A stretch of 64,000 bases of DNA from Candidatus Bathyarchaeota archaeon (GTDB lineage Archaea; Thermoproteota; Bathyarchaeia; Bathyarchaeales; Bathycorpusculaceae), in the NCBI GenBank assembly GCA_963717465.1, contig OY970340.1, positions 1 to 64,000 of the forward strand. The letters run 5' to 3'. The notes beneath the pieces were generated by a model. The model was not told the origin of the DNA. It saw nothing but the letters and a program-made list of their open reading frames with translations, and did not search any database. A program made the translations under genes and the position numbers. Positions 1 through 10,446 of this stretch are shown one piece after another; within the stretch, counting starts at the first letter, position 1, and every line of letters begins with the position of its first letter.

Positions 1-2
1 AG

Positions 3-302
3 GCCGATTATGAATCCCACTCCAATTGGGAATAAGCCTATCAATATAATAGCGTACGCATAAATTATAGGCACATACTGTTCTACCATACCTGTTAATA
101 TGCCAAAGTTTAAGCCAAAAAAGCCGAAAAATGCAATAATTAATATAATTACACCGATAATGACTGCCCATTTCAAGATTTTTCTAAGCAAAATACCTAC
201 TACTAACCCTATAATAAATGGAACAGCAGCCAAAACTAAAGTTGGTAAACCTGCAATAGTTGAATTGATTAAATCCGTAAGTGCATCCAGAGGAATGAAC
301 AT
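3..302 (-). CDS. Small multi-pass membrane protein (FUN14-like), 3' end truncated by window edge
   Basis: Manual translation from ATG at 302: MFIPLDALTDLINSTIAGLPTLVLAAVPFIIGLVVGILLRKILKWAVIIG..., open to the window start; hydrophobic helices. Confidence 0.6.
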   Translation of the reverse strand, partial: MFIPLDALTDLINSTIAGLPTLVLAAVPFIIGLVVGILLRKILKWAVIIGVIILIIAFFGFFGLNFGILTGMVEQYVPIIYAYAIILIGLFPIGVGFIIG

Positions 303-419
303 TCTTAGGGTTTACCTCTCTCAAGCTTAAACTGCGATGATTAAACCATGTGCTCATATTTTTGCTTGCTTATAAATTTTGCAATTAGCAATGCTGTTTA
401 GTCATTTGTCGCACAATAG

Positions 420-869
420 TTACCGATTTTTTTCTAAATATACCAAGCTAATTCCATCTACTAATTCAGTCTTGAATCGTTTGTAGCCAAGTTTCTCGTA
501 CAGACGGATATTTTTGACGCTTCTATCGCCAGTAAAAAGTTCGAATCTGCCGCATGCTGAAAATATGCGCTCTACTTCCAGCAGCAGTTTTGTTGCGACG
601 CCTCGGTTTTGGAAGTCTGGGTGTACAGCCAGCCGACCTACATAGCAAGTGTTACCTTCCTTATGCACTCTCACTGTGCCAATGATTTTTTCATTTGTAG
701 TTGCCTTCAAAAAAAGATAACTTGTAAGCTTGTTCTTCAAATCTTCAAGTGTCTCGACCAGTGGAGGAATTTGATAATCGTCGTAGAGTTTTGCTTCTTG
801 TGTATAAGCCAGCTTTTGGATCGCCAAGATTTCCTGTAAGTCATCAAGTTTTGCCCTGCTAATGTCCAG
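420..869 (-). CDS. GNAT family N-acetyltransferase
   Basis: VGRLAVHPDFQNRGVATKLL acetyl-CoA motif A and LYEKLGY; frame extends upstream of TTG 827 to CTG 869 (xDISRAKLDDLQEIL). Confidence 0.85.
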   Translation of the reverse strand: MDISRAKLDDLQEILAIQKLAYTQEAKLYDDYQIPPLVETLEDLKNKLTSYLFLKATTNEKIIGTVRVHKEGNTCYVGRLAVHPDFQNRGVATKLLLEVERIFSACGRFELFTGDRSVKNIRLYEKLGYKRFKTELVDGISLVYLEKNR

Positions 870-911
870 CGTAAAGTTCGCTTTGCGTCCCTTCCAATTA
901 AAGCCTTAATT

Positions 912-1451
912 TTAAAGCCAAGGCTTACATATTGTCTCGCGAACTTTTACATCGAAGAAGTCTTGAACGTTGGCTGCCTGCAGTACAAGTGCTGTATCAG
1001 CTCCTTGCCCAGTGCCGCCGATGGAAATAATATCTTCTTTAGTGCTGATAAGGCCAGAATCTGCTGCCATCATGGCAATTTCTATTGCCACTTTTGTTCC
1101 TTGACCGAAAATTCGCAGAGTGTTCGCGATTATCTCGTCAGTTTGATACGTATTCAATTTGCGTCTAACTGCTCGACCAACGCCTCCAAATGCATGCGTA
1201 GTTGTTAATATTTTTCCGCCTGCTTTGATAATCAGGTCTCTGTTCTCAGGAGTTAATTCCTGCGCGTCTTTCCCAGCAAAACCTGAGCTGTGAGTGACAA
1301 CCACAACGTTGTAGCCTTTAAAAACCTGGACCGCTTTGACTCCTGTTTTGCCTTGTGTGGAGGCAACAACAATCGATTTAATTTTCAGTTCGTCAGCACG
1401 TTTCTTCACAATTTCGAATATTTCTTGACTTTTACCTATCTCTTCTTTCAT
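912..1451 (-). CDS. Pyruvate-kinase C-terminal-like archaeal protein (COG1751/MTH1675 type)
   Basis: IVVASTQGKTG, VVVTH, FGQGTKVAIEIAMMAADSG, GADTA motifs. Confidence 0.8.
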   Translation of the reverse strand: MKEEIGKSQEIFEIVKKRADELKIKSIVVASTQGKTGVKAVQVFKGYNVVVVTHSSGFAGKDAQELTPENRDLIIKAGGKILTTTHAFGGVGRAVRRKLNTYQTDEIIANTLRIFGQGTKVAIEIAMMAADSGLISTKEDIISIGGTGQGADTALVLQAANVQDFFDVKVRETICKPWL

Positions 1452-1547
1452 CTAAATCACCTGTGGAAGTAATAAAAAAAGATTTTTTTGTTGGCTTAAA
1501 AGGCTTTTCGATAGTTGGATCTTGTCCTTACTGTAGGGCATAGGACT

Positions 1548-1895
1548 TTAAACATGTCCTATCAATGTCCAAAGTAGTATACCCATAATCAAGCCGTAAA
1601 TCGCCAGAGCCTCAGCCAAAGCCACAATTAAGAAGCTCTTGAAGAAGGTTTCAGGTTTCTCAGTCATTGCGCTGATGGCGGCACTGCCTACGGATGAAAT
1701 TGCAAGTCCTGCGCCTATTGCTGCCAAGCCTATAGCGAGTCCAGCGCCGATTGCTAAGCCAAAATTGTCAAATGCACCGGTAGTTGTGGTAGAGGTGCTT
1801 TGCATTGGTATAACTGTGACTGCTGCTGCAACACCGATTAAGGGTAGAGCTATCAACGGAAGTATAAAAAGCACTAATAATGTTAGTTTTCTCAT
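1548..1895 (-). CDS. atpK: A/V-type ATP synthase proteolipid subunit K (c), single hairpin with N-terminal presequence
   Basis: GxGxAxGxAxxGxG helix, EKPE loop, conserved Glu in ALAEALAIYG. Confidence 0.92.
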   Translation of the reverse strand: MRKLTLLVLFILPLIALPLIGVAAAVTVIPMQSTSTTTTGAFDNFGLAIGAGLAIGLAAIGAGLAISSVGSAAISAMTEKPETFFKSFLIVALAEALAIYGLIMGILLWTLIGHV

Positions 1896-1939
1896 ATTAG
1901 CCTAACTCCAATAAAGCAAAAGCAACACAGCATTAAGTA

Positions 1940-2119
1940 TTAATCTTTTTCGCCTGCGTTCTCCTTTTTGTTCAAGGAAACTTCAAGAGTTTGACCAACT
2001 TTAATTGATTCCTCTTTAATCGCATTAGCTTTTTCACTGACTTTCTTGATCTCGTCCGCTGCTAACTGTTCAATTTTCTTATTGAAATTCTGGTAATCTT
2101 CTTCCAACTTCTCTGACAT
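1940..2119 (-). CDS. Hidden 59-aa charged coiled-coil protein (MSEKLEEDYQNF...)
   Basis: ATG at 2119 with AAGGTGG about 13 nt upstream; appears fused to UspA in the ORF track only because of an extra base at 2152-2154. Confidence 0.6.
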   Translation of the reverse strand: MSEKLEEDYQNFNKKIEQLAADEIKKVSEKANAIKEESIKVGQTLEVSLNKKENAGEKD

Positions 2120-2136
2120 ACCTTTGATTGCCACCT

Positions 2137-2587
2137 TTACTTTATAACTAGAAACGGGACACGAAGAATACTCAATTACTTTTTGAGCAACGCTACCAAT
2201 AAGAATTCTATCAGCGCCCCTTCGTCCAAATGTACCCATCACAACTAAATCAATGCCTAATTTTATAGCTAATTCCACAATTTGCTCGAACGGTTTTCCT
2301 TCGGCAATCATCGAAGAAGCTTGAACTCCTTCACTCTTGGCTAATCCAAGAACGTTATTAATGTATCTTTGACCATCTTCTTTGAGATCCTGTTTAACAC
2401 CGCTTTCAGTAGCTTTTGAAAACTGGTTAAGAACAACCTCGTCAACTACAAAAACAACTGTTATCTGTGCAGAAAGCATTTTTGCAATGCTTACACCAAG
2501 CTCTGCAGCATGCATGCTGCATTCGGATCCGTCAGTAGGTATTAAAATTTTTTGAATATTTTTAAAGTTCAATTTCTCCACTTCCAT
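2137..2587 (-). CDS. uspA: Universal stress protein (UspA family)
   Basis: KILIPTDGSECS and DLVVMGTFGRRGADRILIGSVAQKV; removing one T gives the canonical end CPVLVIK-stop at 2137. Confidence 0.9.
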
Positions 2588-3209
2588 GCTTCTTAATCAT
2601 AGATTTTATTCTTTTTGTTCTAACAAATTCTTCACGGTCTTTTTCTTCAAGAACCATTGCGATTTCCTTTGTAATATTTCTATACTTTGGGATGAGAACA
2701 TGATTCAACGCGTTAACTTGACGCTGAGTTTTCTTCACATCATTGGCAATCTGAAAAGCTGTACCCTCAGCTCTAGCTAAATCAGCGAGAAGCTTTAGTA
2801 CATCATGAAACTGCTTAAACGCCTTGTCTAATTCCACGCTGGTATTTGCAAAGCCATAGTCTGGTTTGATATCCTGTTCGTTTTGGAACGATACTACTGG
2901 GACTGAAACGCCCATAATGCTTTTGTAATCAACAAGAAAGTTCGCTTCGTAATGTGAACCACGAGCAATGTTAGCGACGGTTTCCGGACCTTTTGCCATG
3001 TTTGCTTCCTTTAAGGCTTGATAAGCCTTTAGAAGAGCCTGCGTCAAGCTCGCTCGGGCTTGCTCGGCTTCGAAAATGCTACTTCTCAATTCGCGCAGTA
3101 AAATGTCACGTTTACGCTCAAGCACATCACGCCCAGATATAGCTAAGTTCAACGTCTTTTTCGTTTGTATCAAATTAATTTTAGTTGGGCTGATGTTTTC
3201 AGTAGACAT
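2562..3209 (-). CDS. atpD: A/V-type ATP synthase subunit D
   Basis: PTKINL, LERKRDIL, KKTQRQVNAL, EEKDREEF motifs. Confidence 0.95.
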   Translation of the reverse strand: MSTENISPTKINLIQTKKTLNLAISGRDVLERKRDILLRELRSSIFEAEQARASLTQALLKAYQALKEANMAKGPETVANIARGSHYEANFLVDYKSIMGVSVPVVSFQNEQDIKPDYGFANTSVELDKAFKQFHDVLKLLADLARAEGTAFQIANDVKKTQRQVNALNHVLIPKYRNITKEIAMVLEEKDREEFVRTKRIKSMIKKHGSGEIEL

Positions 3210-3221
3210 AAACTCACTTTA

Positions 3222-4619
3222 CTATGCTTCTTTAACCTTTTTAGTTGTGAAATACTTGTTAATGTATTCCGTGTGTATATGCGTCAATTCCTCAGTTGGG
3301 AACCCTGATAGCAAATCCCAAGCAAGTGACAATGTCTGCTCTATCGATCTATTTTCGTTCTTTCCTTGATTGATGAAGGTACGCTCGAATTTTTCACCGA
3401 AAGCTAGATACTCTTTATCCCTATTTCCTAATCCTTCTTCGCCAATGATTGTAGCTAAAGACTTAACAGCATTGTACTGTGAATAAGCTGAATACACCTG
3501 GCTTGCAATGTCAGCGTGATCTTCTCTTGTACGACCTTTTCCAATGCCATCTTTCATTAACCTGGATAAACTTGTGGTTATGTAAACAGGTGGATAGATA
3601 CCCTGCTTTTCCAAGTTTCTCGATAAGACAATTTGCCCCTCAGTTATATATCCAGTAAGATCAGGAATAGGATGCGTAATGTCATCGTTTGGCATGGTTA
3701 AAATTGGCATTTGAGTAATTGATCCTTTCTTACCCTTAACCCGACCTGCTCGTTCGTATATACTTGCAAGGTCACTATACATGTAACCAGGATAGCCTTT
3801 TCTGCTCGGCACTTCCTCCATTGAAGCACTAACTTCACGCAGAGCTTCACAATAATTGGTCATGTCTGTTAAAACCACTAGTACGTGTGATTCCTTCTCA
3901 AACGCCAAGTATTCAGCTAAAGTCAAGCCAGCTCTGGGAGTAATTATACGTTCCACAGGTGGATCATCAGCCAAATTAAGGAACATCGCAACGTTTTTTA
4001 TTGCTCCAGTTTCTTCAAAGTTTCTTCTGAAAAACGCTGCATCAGTATGCCCAAGCCCCATTGCGATAAAAACGATATAAAATTCCTCTTTTGCGCCCAA
4101 GATCGTTGCTTGTCTGACAATTTGAGCAGCAAGTTCATTATGCGACAAGCCTGGACCACTGAAGATTGGAAGCTTCTGACCTCTTACAAGGCTATCTAAG
4201 CCATCGATTGAAGATATTCCTGTCTGGATAAAGTCCCTCGGATATTCCCGGGCAGTTGGATTTAACGGAAAACCGTTAACGTCGCGCCTTTCTTCAATAA
4301 AGAATCTTGGATGCCCATCGATAGGTTCGCCGAAGCTGTTCATTACACGACCAAGCATTTCGGTTGATACAGGCACTTCAAGGGGTCTTCCGAGAAAACG
4401 AGTACGTGTTTCAGCAGGTGATAAGCCTGTTGTGCCTTCGAAAACTTGGACAGTCACTGCCTTTTGGGTTACTTGGATGACTTTACCTAAACGTGTTTCT
4501 CCAGTTTTCATTCTCACTTCTACTAGTTCGTCGTAACCTACGTTTTGAACGTTTTCTACCACTATGATTGAACCTGAAATAGAAGAGACACCTTTGTATT
4601 CTAAACCTGTTGCAGACAT
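3222..4619 (-). CDS. atpB: A/V-type ATP synthase subunit B
   Basis: [49 protein letters not shown]. Confidence 0.97.
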   Translation of the reverse strand: MSATGLEYKGVSSISGSIIVVENVQNVGYDELVEVRMKTGETRLGKVIQVTQKAVTVQVFEGTTGLSPAETRTRFLGRPLEVPVSTEMLGRVMNSFGEPIDGHPRFFIEERRDVNGFPLNPTAREYPRDFIQTGISSIDGLDSLVRGQKLPIFSGPGLSHNELAAQIVRQATILGAKEEFYIVFIAMGLGHTDAAFFRRNFEETGAIKNVAMFLNLADDPPVERIITPRAGLTLAEYLAFEKESHVLVVLTDMTNYCEALREVSASMEEVPSRKGYPGYMYSDLASIYERAGRVKGKKGSITQMPILTMPNDDITHPIPDLTGYITEGQIVLSRNLEKQGIYPPVYITTSLSRLMKDGIGKGRTREDHADIASQVYSAYSQYNAVKSLATIIGEEGLGNRDKEYLAFGEKFERTFINQGKNENRSIEQTLSLAWDLLSGFPTEELTHIHTEYINKYFTTKKVKEA

Positions 4620-4623
4620 GTTC

Positions 4624-6393
4624 TTACCTCAAACTTGCTTCCAATTCTTCAAAATGCTCACTAAGCTTAGTTTCTAACTCGTCCAACTTGCTAACTTGAT
4701 CGTTAGGAACATTTGCTTTCATACGCATAATCTCCTCTGTGATGGGCAATTGTGTTATTTTGAATAAGGGAACACCTTTGCTTACAACACGATCAGCATA
4801 CTTGTGATAATCGAGAATTATTTTTAACATTTTGAACTGTTTTTTAGGCGAGCAGTAAGTATCTACTGGGTCTAAGGCGCTTTGCTGCAAGAAGGCTATA
4901 CGAATCATTTTAGCAGCTTCTAAAATTAAACGCTGTTTTTCAGGCAAAGCTTCTGAACCAACCAGTTTAACGATGCTTTTCAATTCATCTTCAGTCTGCA
5001 GGATACGCATTGTCTCTTCCCTGTAACTATTCCAGTCTTTGTCAACTTCATTGTGCCACCAACCCTCTAGATCGCTAAGGTATCCACTATAGCTTTGCAT
5101 CCAATTAATCGCTGGATAGTGCCTAGCATCTGCCAGTTCAGTGTCCAAGGCCCAGAATACACGCGTAAAACGTTTTGTGTGCTGCGTAACAGGCTCGGAA
5201 AAGTCTCCACCAGGAGGAGAAACCGCTCCAATAGCACTGATTGAACCCGTACGTTTTTCTGCACCCAAAACTTCAACTAAACCGGTACGTTCATAAAATT
5301 GAGCTAATCTTGAAGGCAAATAACTTGGAAAACCTTCTTCAGCAGGCATCTCTTCAAGTCTGCCTGAAACTTCTCTTAGAGCTTCTGCCCATCTGCTGGT
5401 TGAATCAGCCATCAAAGCAACAGCGTAACCCATATCTCTAAAGTATTCAGCCATAGTTATTCCAGTATAAATACTGGCTTCACGCGCAGACACAGGCATG
5501 TTACTGGTGTTAGCAACAAGTAAAGTCCGCTCCATAATAGAATGCCCTGTTTTAGGGTCAACTAGTTCAGGAAAGCTCGTCAGCACATCGACCATTTCGT
5601 TACCTCGCTCTCCACAACCCACATAAATTATTATGTTGGCATCTGACCATTTAGCAAGCTGCTGCTGTGTAACAGTTTTGCCAGTGCCGAAACCGCCTGG
5701 GATTGATGCACTTCCACCTTTAGCAATTGGAAAAAGAGTGTCAATAACACGTTGCCCAGTGATTAATGGAATTGACGAAGGAAGCCTTCTACCGTAGGGT
5801 CTGGGTTGCCGCACCGGCCATTTCTGCATCATATTCAAGTTAACTTTTTTCCCGTTTACTTCTAATGTAGCAATTGTATCTATTATTGTGTAATCTCCTT
5901 GCGGTTCAATGCTGACCAACTTGCCTTGCATGTTAGGAGCAATTTGTATTTGATGATCAATAATTGGAGTTTCTGCTACTGTTCCAAGGATATCTCCGCC
6001 TACAAGCTTTGATCCAACTTTAGCCTTTGGTTCAAAAGGCCATTTCTTTTCTCTTGAGAGTGAATGTACTCCATGAACCTTCGTAATAAATGTGCCCGTA
6101 AGTCCTCTTATCACTTCTAATGGTCTTTGAATTCCATCAAAGACTGTCCCAACTAATCCTGGAGCAAGTTCCACTGAAAGTGGGTTTCCTGTACCCAGGA
6201 CGGGTTCGTTGAGTTTCAATCCGGTTGTGTTTTGGTAAACTTGAATTGTGGCGTGTTCGCCGTCTAAGCGAATTATTTCTCCGACTAAGCCTTCGTTTCC
6301 TACTTCGACTAGTTCATACATTACTGCTTGAGACATTCCTTTGGCTTCGACAACTGGACCTGCCACTCTAATTATACTGCCTTTTGCTGGTAT
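4624..6393 (-). CDS. atpA: A/V-type ATP synthase subunit A
   Basis: Walker [30 protein letters not shown]; homologous N-terminus ([13 protein letters not shown]) extends to ATA 6393, first GTG at 6366. Confidence 0.97.
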   Translation of the reverse strand: MPAKGSIIRVAGPVVEAKGMSQAVMYELVEVGNEGLVGEIIRLDGEHATIQVYQNTTGLKLNEPVLGTGNPLSVELAPGLVGTVFDGIQRPLEVIRGLTGTFITKVHGVHSLSREKKWPFEPKAKVGSKLVGGDILGTVAETPIIDHQIQIAPNMQGKLVSIEPQGDYTIIDTIATLEVNGKKVNLNMMQKWPVRQPRPYGRRLPSSIPLITGQRVIDTLFPIAKGGSASIPGGFGTGKTVTQQQLAKWSDANIIIYVGCGERGNEMVDVLTSFPELVDPKTGHSIMERTLLVANTSNMPVSAREASIYTGITMAEYFRDMGYAVALMADSTSRWAEALREVSGRLEEMPAEEGFPSYLPSRLAQFYERTGLVEVLGAEKRTGSISAIGAVSPPGGDFSEPVTQHTKRFTRVFWALDTELADARHYPAINWMQSYSGYLSDLEGWWHNEVDKDWNSYREETMRILQTEDELKSIVKLVGSEALPEKQRLILEAAKMIRIAFLQQSALDPVDTYCSPKKQFKMLKIILDYHKYADRVVSKGVPLFKITQLPITEEIMRMKANVPNDQVSKLDELETKLSEHFEELEASLR

Positions 6394-6396
6394 TTT

Positions 6397-7014
6397 TTAA
6401 GCCTCCTCAAACAATATTTTTGCTACTTCAACACGTAAAATAGGTTTAAGTTCTTTTAGTTTATTATCGATGGTGTTATCATACGTTATTCTTCCATCTT
6501 CAGTTTGAATTTTAAAGCCACCGATGAAATCTTCGGTTTGGTCTGATATCTTTAATTCACAATGCAATTTTTTTGATAAACGTTTAAGCGCGTCTTCTGT
6601 CAACCAAGTTTTGTCTTTAGTGTTTACTTGTATAACAAGGACTTTTTGACCGATATTCTTAGCGTCTTCCTCGATAAGCTTAAGGAGCATACGATGATAT
6701 TCTTCGGTTTTTACAAATTCTTGAAGTTTAGCGTGAGCTTTCTCAAATGTGGCGTCAAACAATTCTTCTTTTGTTTGAAGCAACAGGTTTCTCATTTCCA
6801 CTTCAGTCACGGAAGCAATTTTTCGCTTTTCGCTTCCTGTTCTTGCATCCGCTTGGTTTATTATGGTTTGATAGTTTTGAATTGCCTGTTCTTTTGCAAC
6901 TTTTAAGATATCTTTAGCTTCTTTTTCAGCTGATAGAATTATGGTTTCAGCTTCTTTTTGCACGTTTTCTAAAACTTCTTGCGCGATTAACGATAAGCCG
7001 TCCTTTACACTCAA
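6397..7014 (-). CDS. atpE: A/V-type ATP synthase subunit E
   Basis: N-terminal coiled coil, IGGFKIQTEDGRITYDNT motif, operon context. Confidence 0.9.
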   Translation of the reverse strand: MSVKDGLSLIAQEVLENVQKEAETIILSAEKEAKDILKVAKEQAIQNYQTIINQADARTGSEKRKIASVTEVEMRNLLLQTKEELFDATFEKAHAKLQEFVKTEEYHRMLLKLIEEDAKNIGQKVLVIQVNTKDKTWLTEDALKRLSKKLHCELKISDQTEDFIGGFKIQTEDGRITYDNTIDNKLKELKPILRVEVAKILFEEA

Positions 7015-7027
7015 GTCTTTACACCTT

Positions 7028-7336
7028 TTATATTTTAACGCCTAATGTCTTGCTTACGAGGTCAGACATTCGAGTCTCACTTGGTTTGCCCTTGCTTCCT
7101 GGCACTTGCATTATTAATATTTCTTTTCGTTCAATTCTTAACTTTTCAATCATCTGACTCATTATTGGTTGATTTGAAAATTCTTCACTTATGATTACAA
7201 TAGCTAAATCTTTGCGGGAAAGAATTTTATTCAAAACTTGCCCTGCTTCGTCAACCGAAGTCACTTCCGCGCCTTCGATACCAACCAGTTTAAAGCCTGT
7301 AACCATGTTGCTATCGCCGATGACGTAACTAATCAT
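7028..7336 (-). CDS. atpF: A/V-type ATP synthase subunit F
   Basis: VIGDxxMVTGFKLVGI, AIVIISE, TLGVKI. Confidence 0.92.
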   Translation of the reverse strand: MISYVIGDSNMVTGFKLVGIEGAEVTSVDEAGQVLNKILSRKDLAIVIISEEFSNQPIMSQMIEKLRIERKEILIMQVPGSKGKPSETRMSDLVSKTLGVKI

Positions 7337-7348
7337 GGAATCGCCGGA

Positions 7349-7378
7349 TAAAACTTAAATTACTAATTAAATAGTATT
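7349..7378. promoter_or_regulatory. Putative bidirectional TATA-type promoter between divergent atpF and atpI
   Basis: 57-bp intergenic gap; near-palindrome TACTAATTAAATAGTA (7361-7376) with TATA-like boxes 20-30 nt before each ATG. Confidence 0.45.
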
Positions 7379-7393
7379 GCGTACGACTTTGCC

Positions 7394-9397
7394 ATGTTTC
7401 GCCCTGAAAGAATGATCTCTGCATCGGTAATATGCGTAAAACAAGACGTTGAATCTGTTTTGGAAGCACTGAGCAGTTTTGGTGAATTCCAAATAGAAAA
7501 AGCAACCAAAGAGAACACGACCGGTTTAGAATACGGCCAGCTTATTCAGAAAGCGGAGGAATCTCTTACAAACGTAAGAGGTTTAATCAAGCAACTAAGC
7601 CAGACGAAAGGTAGCTTATTAGATATGTTCAAAACCGTGACACCTACCAAATTAGAGGTGACTGCAGAGAATTGGCAATCTCTTTCTGAAGAGACCAGTC
7701 AACAAATTGCTACCTTGAAGAAGGAGGTTGACAGTCTTAATACTTCTTTATCTGGTGTTCAAGGGAAAATCTTCCAACTAAATAGTATCAGAGATATTTT
7801 AACAACGATGGAGAAAATGGATGTTGACCTTGACGCTTTACAAAACCTAAAGTTAATTCATGCAATTGTGGCCAGCGTCCCGCATAAATCCTTTGATGAT
7901 TTTGCAAAAGCACTTGGAAAGTTTCCTATTTTCTTAAATCGCGCCGCCTTGACAAAGGACACAGATTTTGTGAGCATAGCTGTACCAAGTAAGTTCAGTG
8001 AAGAAGTAAATAAAATTCTCAAATCACATCGCGCTGAGGTTTTTGCTATCCCAAAAGACCTGCCGCATAACTTAACTGACGCATTAAAAGAAGTAAATAG
8101 TCAACTTGAAAACAATTCCAAACAAGAAAAAGAAATCTTGGATTCACTGAAAAAGTTAGGTCAAGAGAACAACCATAAACTTGCCTCATGGAAAGAAACC
8201 ACGGAAAACATTCTTGCGCAACTAAACGCGAAGAAAAAGATGCTGGAGTCAAATCGGTTAGCGGTAGTTTCAGGGTTTATTCCGAAAAAAAGGTTTACTG
8301 CACTCAATGAAAAAGTTCACACCATTTTAGGAGAAAAAGCTATAGTTCTAAAAAATGAACTGGAGAAGGCTCAGGTTCCACCTACAAGTATTAAGAATAA
8401 CAGATTTGTAAAACCATTTGAAACAATCACCAATCTTTATGGCTTACCATATTACAACGAAATTGATCCAACTCCGTTCATTGCAATAACTTTTCCAATT
8501 CTGTTTGGCTTAATGTTCGGCGATATTGGTCATGGCGCAATCTTGCTGATTGGTGGATTTGCGATTGCAATGCTTCTTAAGAACAATAAAGGGTTTAGAA
8601 ATTTGGGCTATATTATTGGTTTCTGCGGCATAGCCGCAATTGTTGCAGGCGCATTATTTGGAGAGTTTTTTGGTCATCAAATATTTACGCCGATATGGTT
8701 CGATCCCTTCTCAGGCGCAAATGTGTTCAATTTTCTACTCTTTAGCTTAATCATTGGCGTAATACAAATTACGAGTGGATTAGTTCTGGAAATGGTGAAC
8801 TTTTTAGTAAGACGAGATGTGGCCGATGCAATTCTACTCTCGCTACCTAAAATAGCATTCTATTTGGGCGCAGTATACGTTATTATAGTATATGGACTAA
8901 ACATTTCTGCATGGTTATCAGGACCAATTCTGATTTTCTTAGTGCCTGTCATCTTGATGATGATAGCGAAACCTACCTATGTAACTTTGACGCAGCGTTC
9001 TCGTTCAGCTAAATCTCAAAGTGAACATGAGACAAAAAAAGAAGAAGGGAGTTCGTTTGGTGAAAGAATCTTTGACAGTGGGGATACAGTGATCCGCTTG
9101 CTAAGCAATTCTATTTCATACAGTCGAATTCTTGCTTTGCTAATGACACATTGGGCGTTACTCTTTGCTGTATCTGTTATTGCAAGCATGGTTGGTCCCG
9201 TATTTGGTATTCTTATCATAGTTTTAGGTAACGTGTTAGTGATTGTCCTAGAAGCAGTAATAGTCTTCATTCACACGCTAAGATTACACTTCTATGAGTG
9301 GTTTAGCAAGTTCTATCAGGACAATGGAAAACCATTTCAACCATTCAAGCAAAACTTCATCTATACTAAAATTAAATTTATGAAGAAAAACGTCTAA
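7394..9397 (+). CDS. atpI: A/V-type ATP synthase subunit I (a), inverted relative to the rest of the cluster
   Basis: YGLPYYNEIDPTP, FGLMFGDIGHG, SYSRILAL (conserved Arg), IHTLRLHFYEWFSKFY. Confidence 0.96.
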   Translation: MFRPERMISASVICVKQDVESVLEALSSFGEFQIEKATKENTTGLEYGQLIQKAEESLTNVRGLIKQLSQTKGSLLDMFKTVTPTKLEVTAENWQSLSEETSQQIATLKKEVDSLNTSLSGVQGKIFQLNSIRDILTTMEKMDVDLDALQNLKLIHAIVASVPHKSFDDFAKALGKFPIFLNRAALTKDTDFVSIAVPSKFSEEVNKILKSHRAEVFAIPKDLPHNLTDALKEVNSQLENNSKQEKEILDSLKKLGQENNHKLASWKETTENILAQLNAKKKMLESNRLAVVSGFIPKKRFTALNEKVHTILGEKAIVLKNELEKAQVPPTSIKNNRFVKPFETITNLYGLPYYNEIDPTPFIAITFPILFGLMFGDIGHGAILLIGGFAIAMLLKNNKGFRNLGYIIGFCGIAAIVAGALFGEFFGHQIFTPIWFDPFSGANVFNFLLFSLIIGVIQITSGLVLEMVNFLVRRDVADAILLSLPKIAFYLGAVYVIIVYGLNISAWLSGPILIFLVPVILMMIAKPTYVTLTQRSRSAKSQSEHETKKEEGSSFGERIFDSGDTVIRLLSNSISYSRILALLMTHWALLFAVSVIASMVGPVFGILIIVLGNVLVIVLEAVIVFIHTLRLHFYEWFSKFYQDNGKPFQPFKQNFIYTKIKFMKKNV

Positions 9398-10443
9398 AAT
9401 AATAGTTGATTCTGAATTTCTTCAGAATTAACTGCGCCGTCCACTCCAGCGCTTAATGCGATGAGATTATGGACTTCTGCTTCTTTCAAAGTCATGAATG
9501 ACAGTGCCGCGCCTATGTTGAATATGTCGAGTACGAAATTTACTTTAGCATGGTTAAGTAATGCTTTTTGGAATGCTCTTTGGGCATTTGCAATTATCTC
9601 TTCTGGGCTTGGAGCCTTAGCAAAGAATTTTCCATAATGGGTTTTTAGTATTATTTCAAGGGCTGAATCAAAATCGCTCGTCCTCAATAACTCCGCAACT
9701 ACGTCTGAAGTAAGATTAAAGCTATCATAAGGTATTGTTGTTCGCAAGAAATCTTCATCGTAATGCAATTGTTTTCCTCTTAGAAGCGCCAACAAGAGGA
9801 AGCTATCAGTTTCAATACTTGCATAAAAAACTACGGGAGGTTTTTCTTTCTTAGGCAGCTTTTGAAATGTTTCATAAAGTTTTTCGTGAAATACCTGGTC
9901 AAGCAATATATCGAAAGAGACTGTTGACCTGTTTTTTTCATAGTTTTGCAATCCTAAACTTAAGGCTGATGCATACGCTTTTATCTTAAAGGCACTTACA
10001 ACTTCTCTTATAGTTGAGAATTTGGCTGCTTCTTCTAGGCTCGTTCGATTTTTCAGGTAATCTTCAATGGAAAAGTAAATTTTAGATATTTTCTGCTCAA
10101 GACTCAGATTGGCGATTGTTGATTTTAGGAGTGCTTTTATATTCTCTATCTCGAACCTTAAAAGGTAAACGTCAAGGAACATTCTTGCTTTTGCTGGAGA
10201 AATTTTAATTACTTTTTCATACGATTCGATTAAATTCTCCTTAAAGGCTCTCTCTAGTTTTTGGCTTGTAAGCGGCAAAGGCAACTTAGCGATTTGCGTC
10301 TGATAGGTAGTTTCCCTAAGTTGAGAAGCAAATTCTTGAAGGCTTGTCTCACTAAGCGTTTTGATTTTAACTTCTCCTAAGAGCTTGCTTCTTTCTGCCC
10401 CAATTTTAGCTAAAACAGCAGCGTAAAGTCTCGTCTGGCTCAA
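9394..10443 (-). CDS. atpC: A/V-type ATP synthase subunit C
   Basis: RFEIENIKALLK, KEAEVHNL; size and operon context. Confidence 0.88.
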   Translation of the reverse strand: MSQTRLYAAVLAKIGAERSKLLGEVKIKTLSETSLQEFASQLRETTYQTQIAKLPLPLTSQKLERAFKENLIESYEKVIKISPAKARMFLDVYLLRFEIENIKALLKSTIANLSLEQKISKIYFSIEDYLKNRTSLEEAAKFSTIREVVSAFKIKAYASALSLGLQNYEKNRSTVSFDILLDQVFHEKLYETFQKLPKKEKPPVVFYASIETDSFLLLALLRGKQLHYDEDFLRTTIPYDSFNLTSDVVAELLRTSDFDSALEIILKTHYGKFFAKAPSPEEIIANAQRAFQKALLNHAKVNFVLDIFNIGAALSFMTLKEAEVHNLIALSAGVDGAVNSEEIQNQLLF

Positions 10444-10446
10444 GGT

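Noticed and set aside
1940..2587. UspA fused to a coiled-coil tail (215-aa ORF)
   Set aside because: Deleting one T at 2152-2154 restores the canonical CPVLVIK-stop and the tail has its own ATG; treated as two genes
7337..9400. Invertible (phase-variable) atpI segment
   Set aside because: No inverted repeats at the junctions, no recombinase nearby, and stop codons overlap neatly
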